Source: Candidatus Bathyarchaeia archaeon
Lineage (GTDB): Archaea > Thermoproteota > Bathyarchaeia > Bathyarchaeales > Bathycorpusculaceae
Reading direction: 5' to 3'
DNA: 64,000 nucleotides
NCBI GenBank assembly: GCA_038728085.1
Contig: JAVYUU010000004.1
Span: 20,674-84,673, forward strand
In this document: positions 1-10,223 of the stretch, piece by piece
How the letters are laid out: the number at the start of each line of letters is the position of its first letter
Position numbering within the stretch: the first letter of the stretch is position 1
The notes under the pieces: model-generated
What the model saw: the letters and a program-made list of their open reading frames with translations, nothing else
What the model was told of the DNA's origin: nothing
Databases searched by the model: none
Made by a program: the position numbers and the translations under genes

Positions 1-1
1 G

Positions 2-1652
<1,651 letters not shown>

Positions 1653-1656
<4 letters not shown>

Positions 1657-2090
1657 CAAGCGGCATAAAATTCACAACAACAGAGATGAAGTATATAGCC
1701 CTCTTCGAAAGCATAAGCGGCGCCAGCGTCAAAGACTGCATAGTCGATGAAGAACAAGGCCGCGTAATTTTCGTGGTTAAGGAAGGCGACCTAGGAGCAG
1801 CCATAGGAAAAGGCGGAAGAAACATAAAACTCCTAGAACGTATGACTGGCAAGAAACACGAGGTAATCGAATACTCAGACGACCCTGTTCAATTCATCAA
1901 AAATGCCCTAAAACCAGCCACAGTACAAGAAGTCAGAATAACAGAGAGGCCGGACGGAAAAACAATCGCCGTGGTGACGGTTCATCCACGAGACAAGGGC
2001 GTCGCCATAGGCAAAAACGGCAGAAACGCCGAGCGCCTCCGCATGCTGGTGAAACGCTACTTCCAAATACAAAACGTCAGCATAGTCTAA
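1653..2090 (+). CDS. nusA: archaeal NusA-like transcription termination factor (two KH domains)
   Basis: The 145-aa ORF has two KH GxxG motifs (AAIGKGGRNIKLLE and VAIGKNGRNAERLR). The ATGA overlap with rpl30e and the operon position are conserved. Confidence 0.9.
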
Positions 2091-2102
2091 ACAGCCAAGG
2101 AT

Positions 2103-2294
2103 ATGGAGGACCCAAACGTGAAGGCAAGGTTAGCCTTAACTATCTGGGTTTTCCTCGCTTCTGCCTTAATTAACGGCATTTATGCTGATGAAAACTCGCT
2201 TCTAAACCAATTTCTGGAAAGTCCACTTTTGTCTCTCACCGCCATTATAATCATCGTTGTTACAGCTTCCCTATACCGCAAAATTAGAAAGTAG
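2103..2294 (+). CDS. hypothetical small membrane protein
   Basis: The 63-aa ORF has two hydrophobic stretches and no recognisable family. The only support is its position and same-strand orientation after nusA. Confidence 0.3.
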   Translation: MEDPNVKARLALTIWVFLASALINGIYADENSLLNQFLESPLLSLTAIIIIVVTASLYRKIRK

Positions 2295-2307
2295 GCGGAA
2301 AATGTCA

Positions 2308-2868
2308 TCATTTCGACAAAAGTAGGTCTATTAACGCCTTTTGGTCTACCTCCGCCCTTGTCCGCCAGTCCAAGTATAGCTGTTGATTCTCATCTTGGGA
2401 TATATAGCCATACCTTATATAGCGGTCAATGTTTAGGCTTGTCTTCCAACCAGGAAGTTTTTCGCGTAGAAGCTCTTCCACCTCTCTACGGGGCGCCTTG
2501 CCTTTCTTCGATATTATGTAGGCTATTGTTATGGCTAGCCCCGCTAGATCGTCTATTCGCCACCCAATCATCTTAGCCTCTTTTGGCGTTAATTCCCCGC
2601 GAAGGGTTATGTAGAATCTCGCCCTGTCCAGCTCTTCAAGCGTCGGCTTCTCAGACTGCGGCTTTTCACCCTCTTCAAAGACTGTTTTAACTTGGAGGTC
2701 TAGGGGTTTCAAGTATTCGTCTAATATGCTCAGCACTTTCGGGTAATCTGCGCCTAGGGCTTTGCGGAGCTCCCACCCCTTCACTCCAGGCTTTGCATGT
2801 CTACGGTAAAAGAGCATGTGAACAGCGCGTTTGATTTTGCTAGCATAGACGGCTTTCCGCTTGCTCAT
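2308..2868 (-). CDS. ScpB/KITE-like tandem winged-helix protein (third gene of SMC-like operon)
   Basis: LAGLAITIAYIISKKGKAPRREVEELL resembles the ScpB second winged-helix motif (LAIIAYKQPITRAEIEEIRG). A first winged-helix-like segment is GVKGWELRKALGADYPKVLSILDEYLKPLDLQV. The start overlaps the upstream stop by 4 nt. Confidence 0.65.
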   Translation of the reverse strand: MSKRKAVYASKIKRAVHMLFYRRHAKPGVKGWELRKALGADYPKVLSILDEYLKPLDLQVKTVFEEGEKPQSEKPTLEELDRARFYITLRGELTPKEAKMIGWRIDDLAGLAITIAYIISKKGKAPRREVEELLREKLPGWKTSLNIDRYIRYGYISQDENQQLYLDWRTRAEVDQKALIDLLLSK

Positions 2869-3695
2869 TGGGCTTTAACGCTCCTTCTCCATTTCTCCCA
2901 CTCCTCACGGGTTATGGCTATCGGCAGCGAAACCATCTGTTTTTTGGCTGTTCGCCTCTGCTGTCTCTCGAAAGGCTTAATGAATATCTCCTCCTCTAAG
3001 GGGTGAACTTCAAGGGTTGCATATCCATAAGTGACGAGGAAACTAGTCAAAAAGGCTCTATAAACGGTCTCCTCGTAGGTTTCCGCCCCAACAAAATCCC
3101 AATACCTAATTTTGCCATTTTCGCCTCTTTCCGCCACAAGCCTCTTCAACTCGCTCCAAAAGTTCTCTAACTCCTCCGTGAAAGCCTTATCCCGCAAGAT
3201 TTTAAGCCTTAAAAGCTCCTCGCGGGAGGCAACGCCGCCAGCCTCTTCAAGCGGCGGAAACTCTTTCCACCTATCCTTTAAGGGTGGAAGGTTTTCCCAG
3301 TAAAGCAGTGCCTCCTTCAGGCTGTAGAGGGAGATTTGTTCAAGTTCAACTATTGGGTGCCAAGCTCCGAGAAAAGCGTCCACTATGGCTTCTTTATCAA
3401 GGTTCTTTATCTTCTCCTCTAAGAGAAATGGATCTGTATAGAGGGATGTGGAGCGATGCTTAACCCATTCGCTCTGAAGCTTTATAACTGAGGCGAGGCG
3501 GTTTATTGCCTCAGCATCCAAACACAGATCTTCAGGCTGCTCCCAGTCTGGGAAAAACTCCCTCACAACCCTAATGATCTCGTCCACATCTACCAGGAAG
3601 GGGTCAAGACCGCGCTCCTCAACAGCTTTACACATCTCAATTATCCTTTGAAGTCTCTCCCGCCCAACTTTGACGCGTTCCTTCTTCGACTGCAT
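2865..3695 (-). CDS. ScpA-like kleisin (second gene of SMC-like operon)
   Basis: The N-terminal GLDPFLVDVDEIIRVV and the C-terminal winged helix ETVYRAFLTSFLVTYGYATLEVHPLEEEIFIKP resemble ScpA N- and C-terminal domains. The start shares 1 nt with the SMC-like stop (TAATG). Confidence 0.65.
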   Translation of the reverse strand: MQSKKERVKVGRERLQRIIEMCKAVEERGLDPFLVDVDEIIRVVREFFPDWEQPEDLCLDAEAINRLASVIKLQSEWVKHRSTSLYTDPFLLEEKIKNLDKEAIVDAFLGAWHPIVELEQISLYSLKEALLYWENLPPLKDRWKEFPPLEEAGGVASREELLRLKILRDKAFTEELENFWSELKRLVAERGENGKIRYWDFVGAETYEETVYRAFLTSFLVTYGYATLEVHPLEEEIFIKPFERQQRRTAKKQMVSLPIAITREEWEKWRRSVKAQ

Positions 3696-5614
3696 TAGGC
3701 AACCTCTTTAACTATGGATTTTCCCTCAACATTCTGGACTGTGATAACGTGAATGGCATCCTCTGCGAAAGTGATTTGGCTTGGAGTTATAATCACATAC
3801 TGGGCATCTGAACTCTTAACCGTTGAAATCAGCATCTGCGCTATCAACTCGCGGTTTTTCGGATCCATGTGGACGTCAAACTCATCAACAGCGCGGAAAG
3901 GTGAGCGCACATGTTGCTGCAAAGCCAACAAGAAACTCATGGTGGCTGTTGTCCTTTCGCCTCCGCTCTGGGTGTAAGCGTTAAGCGGCACCGGTTTACC
4001 GCCCTTAAAGCCTACAAGAATCTCAAGTCCAGCCGCCTCGATGTCATGCTCATTTACAAGCCTAACTTCGCCGACAGCTTGAACCTGCGCCAAAATCCTC
4101 TGATACTCCAGATTTACACGATCTAGAAGGCTCTGGATCACCGTCCGCCAAGCCTGCATTCGCGTCTTAACCTCTTCCAATGCTTTCTCCCGGTTTTCAG
4201 CCACAAGCCGCGCCTTTTCCTTAAGCTCAAGGTAAAGCTGCGAGTATGACTCATACATGCGCTCGACATCCTCCGAGACACTCGCCAAAGCGGCTAAGTG
4301 CCCATCAGTTATGCGGATTTCATTTAGGATTTCGCCGGCGCTTTTTATGACGGCTATCCTTGGACCTGTTTCCTCAGCCCTCTTAATGGCATTGTTAAGC
4401 TGAAACCTTGCATCTTTAAGTGCCGCCTTCAACTCTTCAATGTTCGCCTTTGCGTTTTCCATTCTGTAATTTAGCAGTGCAAGTTTAACCCGTGTATCTA
4501 TGATTTGACTTCTAGCCTTCTCTATTTGCTCTTCAAGAATCTGGGTTTCCAATAATTTCCTGTTCAATTCCTCGTCCAGCTTGGAAACTTTTAGCCTCGA
4601 ATTTTCCATAAGCTCTTTTAGGCTTTCAGTTCTCAAAAGTTTCAAGGGTTTACCGCTGATAGCCTCGTTCTCTATGAGGGCTGCTTCAGCCACAAGCTGT
4701 TCACAAAGCGAGAGTGCAGCTTGGCTTCCGGCCTTCTCCCGTTCTAGGCTTATCACGCTTTCCAGATTTTTCTTCCATTCACTTTTCAACTTTTCAATCT
4801 GGTTTTGCTGAATTTGAAGTTGCTCCTCAGCTGTTTTGGCTTCTGTCTCGATTTGTCTTAACAACGCCAACTCTTTTTCACGTTTGGCTTCCAACTCTTC
4901 TACGATGGCTTCACGGCGGTTCACTTCAGCCCATGCAAGCTCCCGCTCTAGAAAGCGTCTTTTCGCCATCAGCTGCTTCTTTTCTTGGAATCTCTCGTAT
5001 TGCTCCCGCCAGTAGTTGAGCGTTTGCTCCGCCGACTCCAAAAGCTTGTTTATAGACTCTTCTTGGCTCAGTATACAGGTAAGCTTCCTCTGGGCTTCAA
5101 GCACGTTTTCACGGTAAGCCTCAAGCCCAACCGCTGCCTCCACCATGCGGAGCTTTTCCTGAGGCGAAAGAATCGTGAACTGCTCCACCATGTTCTGGTG
5201 CATGATAATCAACATGTTGTCGGGGTCAACGCCAAGCTTAGCCAGAAGCCTCTCTACATCCTGCTTTGAAGCCGCCCGGTTTTCAAGCTCAAACCAATAC
5301 TTGCCATCCCGCCTCAAAACCCGAGTCAGAAAAATCTGGTCCTTGTTAAACTTTGGAACTGGACGTTTACCGCCCCGCCTAGAATTATCCAGTATAAGCG
5401 TCACACGTGCCTGATCCTTACCCCAACGGATCAAGTCGCTAAGCTTTCTAGAGCGCTCCGTGTAGGATTGGCCCAGAGCCACAGAAATAGCCAGTAAAAG
5501 CGAGGACTTTCCAGCGCCATTGGGGCCACAGACAACGTTTACGCCGGGTTTAAAGGGTACTCTAGCATATTCGTAGCTCATGAAATTTTCGAGGATCACC
5601 TCGCTGATGAGCAC
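3695..5614 (-). CDS. SMC-family ABC ATPase, half-size (639 aa), short coiled coil, no recognisable hinge or zinc hook
   Basis: Walker A is GPNGAGKSS, the signature motif is QSGGERT, and the Walker B/D-loop is AVDEFDVHMD. About 330 aa of Glu/Lys/Leu heptad-rich sequence lies between the head halves. Confidence 0.85.
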   Translation of the reverse strand: MLISEVILENFMSYEYARVPFKPGVNVVCGPNGAGKSSLLLAISVALGQSYTERSRKLSDLIRWGKDQARVTLILDNSRRGGKRPVPKFNKDQIFLTRVLRRDGKYWFELENRAASKQDVERLLAKLGVDPDNMLIIMHQNMVEQFTILSPQEKLRMVEAAVGLEAYRENVLEAQRKLTCILSQEESINKLLESAEQTLNYWREQYERFQEKKQLMAKRRFLERELAWAEVNRREAIVEELEAKREKELALLRQIETEAKTAEEQLQIQQNQIEKLKSEWKKNLESVISLEREKAGSQAALSLCEQLVAEAALIENEAISGKPLKLLRTESLKELMENSRLKVSKLDEELNRKLLETQILEEQIEKARSQIIDTRVKLALLNYRMENAKANIEELKAALKDARFQLNNAIKRAEETGPRIAVIKSAGEILNEIRITDGHLAALASVSEDVERMYESYSQLYLELKEKARLVAENREKALEEVKTRMQAWRTVIQSLLDRVNLEYQRILAQVQAVGEVRLVNEHDIEAAGLEILVGFKGGKPVPLNAYTQSGGERTTATMSFLLALQQHVRSPFRAVDEFDVHMDPKNRELIAQMLISTVKSSDAQYVIITPSQITFAEDAIHVITVQNVEGKSIVKEVA

Positions 5615-5770
5615 CAGATTTGCCTCTTCTCTTTCCTACTGCAGTATAGAAAGAGGTTAAAAACTCTTATTAAAGCAATTAGGCGCCTAGAAGCATGAAA
5701 AAGAAAGGGAGAAAGGGAAGAAAACGGCTGAAGTTGCCTAAGATAATGTGTTGGAGAAAAGATTGTGAAT

Positions 5771-6847
5771 TTACCGCAGTTTTATTGGTCCTATGCGTTT
5801 TTCGCTTCGTCTTAAGAACGCGCTTTCCACGCCGGTTACAACGGCCATGACGGAGACGCTTCCATGCATTTCCTTGTCAACTCTTGCACCCCAAATCACC
5901 TTTGCCTTCGGTGGCAGCGAGCGCTTCACGATTTCAGCTGCATGGTTAACCTCGAAAAGAGTTAAGTCTTCGCCGCCGGAAACATGTATGAGCAAACCGC
6001 GGGCCTTAGTCACGTCCTCTATGTCCAGGAGGCGTCCATTTATCGCCTTTTCAACAGCCTGCTCCACTTGGCGGTGCAGGATCAAACATAATAACGTGGA
6101 TCAAGGAAAAGGGGATTGTCGGAGCAAAACTTGTGGCGGTTAACACCGACGCCAACCACCTTAGAATAACGAAGGCTGACAGGAGAATTTTGATAGGTGC
6201 AAACCTCACGAAGGGCTTGGGCTGCGGCGGCTACCCAGAGCTTGGAGCGAGAGCCCTCCTTGAAAGCGCCGACAAGGTAATCCAAGAAATAGCCGACGCC
6301 AACATAATATTCCTAGTTGCCGGGTTGGGCGGCGGGACAGGAACAGGTGCAATAACAGCCCTATCAGAGGAGTTGCGCAGAAGATTTGCAGAGTCGCCGG
6401 TTCCACGCCTTGTCATTGGGGTGGTTACCCTCCCCTTTGAGGTTGAAACCGCTAGGATGGAGATAGCCAAGAAGGGATTGGATCGGCTGAAGAAGTCATG
6501 CGATACAGTCGTTGTGATCGACAACAATAGGCTTGTTAAGATTGCCGGAAACCTGCCGTTTAAGGAGGCCTTAGGTGTTGCAAACACGACTATTGGAAAA
6601 TTCATTAAAGGCATAACAGAGACCATTACCACGGCAAGCCTAATCAACCTAGACTATGCAGACCTAAGAGCCATAATGCAAGGCGCGGGCCTCGCCTCGA
6701 TAGGCGTCGGCGAGGGCACGGGAGAAGGTCGAGGCCTACAGCCATTATCGATGGTTGGGCGAGTCTTGCAAACTGTTCGATTTCTTCCTCTTTTACGTAG
6801 GTGGAGGATGGTACTTCGGAGGGGGTGACTGTTAGCTCGGCTTTCAC
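5771..6847 (-). pseudogene. ftsZ: cell division GTPase FtsZ, disrupted by internal inversion of 6067..6733
   Basis: The N-terminus (MKAELTV...QPSIMAVG) is on the minus strand at 6847..6734. The core (LGGAGSN...GGGTGTG...NLDYADLRAIM...GEGR) is on the plus strand at 6067..6733. The C-terminal domain (VEQAVEKAINGRLLD...GGEDLTLFEV...) is on the minus strand at 6066..5771. The piece lengths 114+667+296 sum to 1077 nt, which is in frame after re-inversion. Confidence 0.9.
6067..6733 (+). other. inverted segment carrying FtsZ codons ~39-260
   Basis: The plus-strand frame reads ...LGGAGSNIITWIKEKGIVGAKLVAVNTDANHL...GVGEGTGEGR. FtsZ homology stops abruptly at both ends. Only a 2-bp complementary microhomology (CT..AG) lies at the breakpoints, so the boundary is ambiguous between 6067-6069 and 6731-6733. 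Confidence 0.85.
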
Positions 6848-6984
6848 AAGGGTTCACCTCTGTCTGTATTAAAGTGCGACGCACAAACTAATAAATATTA
6901 CGTCTTACGAATCACGATATATCCTATTTTCCAGAATACCCCTTATAAGACTCAACACCATCATCAAGCCAACGGTGGCAAAAC

Positions 6985-7311
6985 ATGAACAAACTTGAAT
7001 TAATGAAAAAATTCATGTACACGTTTGTTGGAAACGGCCTTCACTTAATAATAAGGGAACAGGACAATAGCTATCTAATACACACGATAGAGATCATGCA
7101 GAAGACGGATGAAACATGTATCGTGAAGGAGATCCCTGTTGGCGACTACTTCCTCCACATGGTTGCTGTTGACAAAAACGGTGAGGAAGCCTCAATAATA
7201 TGCAATTGGAGCCCCGAGCTCCTGCAAAGCCTTCTAGAAAGCTCTGAAATAGCCAGGGAGGCGGGATGCTCAAGCATCATAGTGTTCAAGGATCCATTGA
7301 CCAACAATTAG
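6985..7311 (+). CDS. hypothetical protein
   Basis: This is a 108-aa ORF divergent from ftsZ with no recognised motif. Confidence 0.45.
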   Translation: MNKLELMKKFMYTFVGNGLHLIIREQDNSYLIHTIEIMQKTDETCIVKEIPVGDYFLHMVAVDKNGEEASIICNWSPELLQSLLESSEIAREAGCSSIIVFKDPLTNN

Positions 7312-7435
7312 ATGATAGTCTTCGGGAAACCAGGCGAACAAGGCGTGAGAAGTCAGACAACCTATGTTGTTTGAATTCGCATCCTCCCATTTTTGGGCGT
7401 AAAGCTTTAGTTTTCAGCATGTTCGTTTATGACTA

Positions 7436-8134
7436 GTGGTGTTTATGGTTGTTGCTGGCAAGGTTTTTAGACTTTCTGAGGATCTTTCACTTGACGAAAT
7501 TGCTTCTAGGCTTGGGGGCTATCGCCTCGAGGAGCCTTATGAGGAAGGCGATCATCGTTTCACGCTTGTAACGGAGGTTGTTGGGCTTTCGCCTAAGGAG
7601 AATATGTTGAGGGGTGTTTTTTCCCACGATCATGTGGTCCATGTTTTTCATAGAGGCGAGGTTGTGCCGCTGCCCCGCACGATCGAAGCCCTATTCAGCT
7701 TTTCTCGTCTGGAAAAAGCCACTCTCCTAACAGTCGTCGAGAAGAAGCGCCTAGCAAACTTCATAGCCAATAAACTCAGCGAAATCCTCTTCGATAGAGT
7801 CGGCGGCATAGTTGAGGCGCGGATACCGCCGGAAACCCTCCGCGAATTCCACTTGAAAAATCCAGAGGACACCAAAATCACTTTTTTCGACAACGTCGAC
7901 ATTCCAAATGTGAACAAGCTTTCACTTTATGGACCAGATCTTGTGAACACTTCGCTTTTTGAAGATTACTGTAAGCACGGCGACCTGTGGTACATTGTGG
8001 CTAGGGCAAGGGAGTATGGCTATGTAGTGGGCATAACAAGAGATGCCTCTGTAACAATATTCAACTTGACAGATAAAGAAAAATACCTCGAGTACGTTGC
8101 CAAAGAGGTTTACCCGCTAATCTTAACATCATAG
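7436..8134 (+). CDS. hypothetical protein
   Basis: The 232-aa ORF has coding-like composition and only a short shadow ORF opposite. No family was recognised. Confidence 0.55.
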   Translation: MVFMVVAGKVFRLSEDLSLDEIASRLGGYRLEEPYEEGDHRFTLVTEVVGLSPKENMLRGVFSHDHVVHVFHRGEVVPLPRTIEALFSFSRLEKATLLTVVEKKRLANFIANKLSEILFDRVGGIVEARIPPETLREFHLKNPEDTKITFFDNVDIPNVNKLSLYGPDLVNTSLFEDYCKHGDLWYIVARAREYGYVVGITRDASVTIFNLTDKEKYLEYVAKEVYPLILTS

Positions 8135-8221
8135 GAGCGGCTTAGCTGACGAATCATCATCAGCAAGGGCAAAGTTTAGGTGTAAGTACCGCATACCTAT
8201 AAGGCAGTATGAGGAATCTGA

Positions 8222-8749
8222 ATGTCTGAAAAGGAGACGTTGGAAAAGGTTAAGGATCGACAGGGACTTTTTGCCAAGATTCAAAACATTTTCGGTTTGG
8301 GCTACGCCACAAGGGAGGATTTGCGGGAAATTGACAAGAAACTCCGCGACCTCTACTACGCGGACTTCAAGAGTCTACGCCACAAGTGGGAGGAAATATA
8401 CCTTTCAGCCCTCAATGCCGGAAAAGCCACAGATGACTTCAAGAAGGTTATTCAGATCATTGACCGGGTCGGCGAGAAAGTTCACCGTGCAGATTATGGC
8501 TATGCAGGTTTAATGGACCGTAAGGGAAGCATTCGCGAAACAGAGCTTACTCGAGTTCTGAATTATGATAGGGCTTTAAATGATGAAATCCAAGGGATTG
8601 TTAAGGCTGTGGATGAACTTTACAATGAGACTCAGGCTGGAAATTGGGCAGATGTCGCCGCTAAAGTGCGGAACATTAAATCCTTAATACTTGGTTTTGA
8701 GTCTAAATGGGATGAACGTGAAAGACAGTTTAGACCCTTGGAGGTTTAG
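8222..8749 (+). CDS. hypothetical alpha-helical protein, coupled to SPFH-like gene
   Basis: The 175-aa ORF is rich in charged, helical-looking sequence. Its stop lies 5 nt before the next start. Confidence 0.55.
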   Translation: MSEKETLEKVKDRQGLFAKIQNIFGLGYATREDLREIDKKLRDLYYADFKSLRHKWEEIYLSALNAGKATDDFKKVIQIIDRVGEKVHRADYGYAGLMDRKGSIRETELTRVLNYDRALNDEIQGIVKAVDELYNETQAGNWADVAAKVRNIKSLILGFESKWDERERQFRPLEV

Positions 8750-8754
8750 GTTGG

Positions 8755-9828
8755 ATGCCAATAATTGAGCGTGTTGCATGGGATAATGCTGGGCCAGAGG
8801 ACATTGCATATCGTTTTCCAAAACTCACGCTTAAGTATGGAAGCCAAGTTATTGTGAAGGAAAATCAGTGGGCAGTCTTCTTCCGAGACGGAAAAGCCTA
8901 CGACGTCCTTGGGCCTGGAAGGCATACCATAACCAGCAGCAATATTCCGCTTTTAACCGGCGCCTTGAAGGCTTTGGGGATCATAGGCGACATCTTTGAC
9001 TGTGAAGTTGTTTTTGTAAGCAACAGTCAGTTCCGGGCGAACTTTGGCGGAAAAGCCTACTCGGCGCCAAGCGGCGACATAAAATATCAGGCGGAGATAG
9101 GCTTTTATGGTTATATGCTTTACAAGGTTGAGGATCCGAAGCTTTTCGTTGTAGAGTTTTTTGGCAACAGGGGTGCAAGCACTTCACGGGACGTGGAAAA
9201 CTACATTAGAGGCTTCATTAACGAGCGAATTATAAGCGAATTTGGACGCCACGACATTTTCGAGATTGTTAAAAATGCGGACGCCACCACTGACAAAGTA
9301 GCCCTAAAAATCAGCGACGAAGCCGCAAGAATAGGCTTAAAAGTGATCGACTGCGTCTTCGAAGGCATAAACATACCTGAGGAGGCTAGACGCTTTGCTT
9401 CGGGACTAGGCACCCAAGCCATGATGATGCAATACATGAAGGAAACCGCAGGCGAACTAAAGGGGGCTGAGGGTGGAGGCGCCGCAGCCGCAGGCTTAGG
9501 CGCAGGTGTGGGCTTAACAATGCCCTTCTTGATGGCACAGCAGCTGCAGCAAGCCCAAGCCCCCCAACAACTAATTGTCTGCCCGAACTGTGGAGCTAAA
9601 AATCCGGCTGGCATGAAATTCTGTGGTCAATGCGGTTCAAGTCTATTGCCGCCGGCGAAGGTTAAATGTCCAAACTGTGGAGCTGAAAATCCGGCTGGCA
9701 TGAAGTTCTGCGGAAACTGCGGCTCGCCACTAACCCAAACTGGCGTAGAAACCACTTGCCCCAAATGCGGTGCAAAGAATCCACCCGGCATGAAGTTCTG
9801 CGGAAACTGTGGAACAAAACTGGGCTAA
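8755..9828 (+). CDS. SPFH/band-7-related protein (YdjI/COG4260-like) with three C-terminal zinc ribbons
   Basis: The N-terminal KYGSQVIVKENQWAVFFRDGKAYDVLGPGRHTITSSNIPLL resembles YdjI-type SPFH proteins. An Ala/Gly/Gln linker follows, then three copies of CPxCGAxNPxGMKFCGxCG. Confidence 0.7.
   Translation: MPIIERVAWDNAGPEDIAYRFPKLTLKYGSQVIVKENQWAVFFRDGKAYDVLGPGRHTITSSNIPLLTGALKALGIIGDIFDCEVVFVSNSQFRANFGGKAYSAPSGDIKYQAEIGFYGYMLYKVEDPKLFVVEFFGNRGASTSRDVENYIRGFINERIISEFGRHDIFEIVKNADATTDKVALKISDEAARIGLKVIDCVFEGINIPEEARRFASGLGTQAMMMQYMKETAGELKGAEGGGAAAAGLGAGVGLTMPFLMAQQLQQAQAPQQLIVCPNCGAKNPAGMKFCGQCGSSLLPPAKVKCPNCGAENPAGMKFCGNCGSPLTQTGVETTCPKCGAKNPPGMKFCGNCGTKLG
9580..9813 (+). repeat. three tandem zinc-ribbon coding repeats (about 57 nt each, spaced 87-90 nt)
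   Basis: The repeats are tgcccgaactgtggagctaaaaatccggctggcatgaaattctgtggtcaatgcggt, tgtccaaactgtggagctgaaaatccggctggcatgaagttctgcggaaactgcggc and tgccccaaatgcggtgcaaagaatccacccggcatgaagttctgcggaaactgtgga. Confidence 0.85.
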
Positions 9829-9831
9829 ACC

Positions 9832-10155
9832 TTAACCTTCCCCTTTTATTATCCCACCTTCCTTGAGGGGAGAGCCGCATCTCCAACAAAACTTCATGTC
9901 CCGAGGCATGGGCAAACAGCATTTTGGACACTTTATAGATGGTGGAGGATACAACGCCTCGCCACAGTGCCAGCAAAACCTGTTCTTAATGCTGTTTTTG
10001 CCTCCACATTTTAGGCAGACAATAACCTCTCTAACCAGTAGCCGGGAAAATCCAAAAGCCTGAAGCATGCACCCCGCCATAGCCAAGCCTAAGGCGAAAC
10101 CCAAACCAGCCGAGAAAGCCTCACCGGTAATCACAGGTCTGTCCAATCTTAACAT
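9832..10155 (-). CDS. membrane-anchored double zinc-ribbon protein
   Basis: An N-terminal hydrophobic segment is followed by CLKCGGKNSIKNRFCWHCG and CPKCCLPMPRDMKFCWRCG. The gene is convergent with the SPFH gene. Confidence 0.6.
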   Translation of the reverse strand: MLRLDRPVITGEAFSAGLGFALGLAMAGCMLQAFGFSRLLVREVIVCLKCGGKNSIKNRFCWHCGEALYPPPSIKCPKCCLPMPRDMKFCWRCGSPLKEGGIIKGEG

Positions 10156-10223
10156 CCACGCTGAAACCTAACCTTGGCAAGGCTTTAAGGTTTCCTTCGC
10201 CCAAAAATATTCAAGCGGGGATT

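Noticed and set aside
5793-6647. ORFs 5793..6143 (+), 6082..6285 (-), 6206..6406 (-) and 6231..6647 (-) overlapping the ftsZ pieces
   Set aside because: These are antisense or out-of-frame shadows of the three FtsZ-coding segments. Their translations are Arg/Ser/Pro-rich with no recognisable family.
8141-8175. TGATGA / CTGA-like strings on the minus strand suggesting a C/D-box sRNA
   Set aside because: The box spacing and terminal stem do not fit, and the candidate overlaps the 3' end of a CDS.
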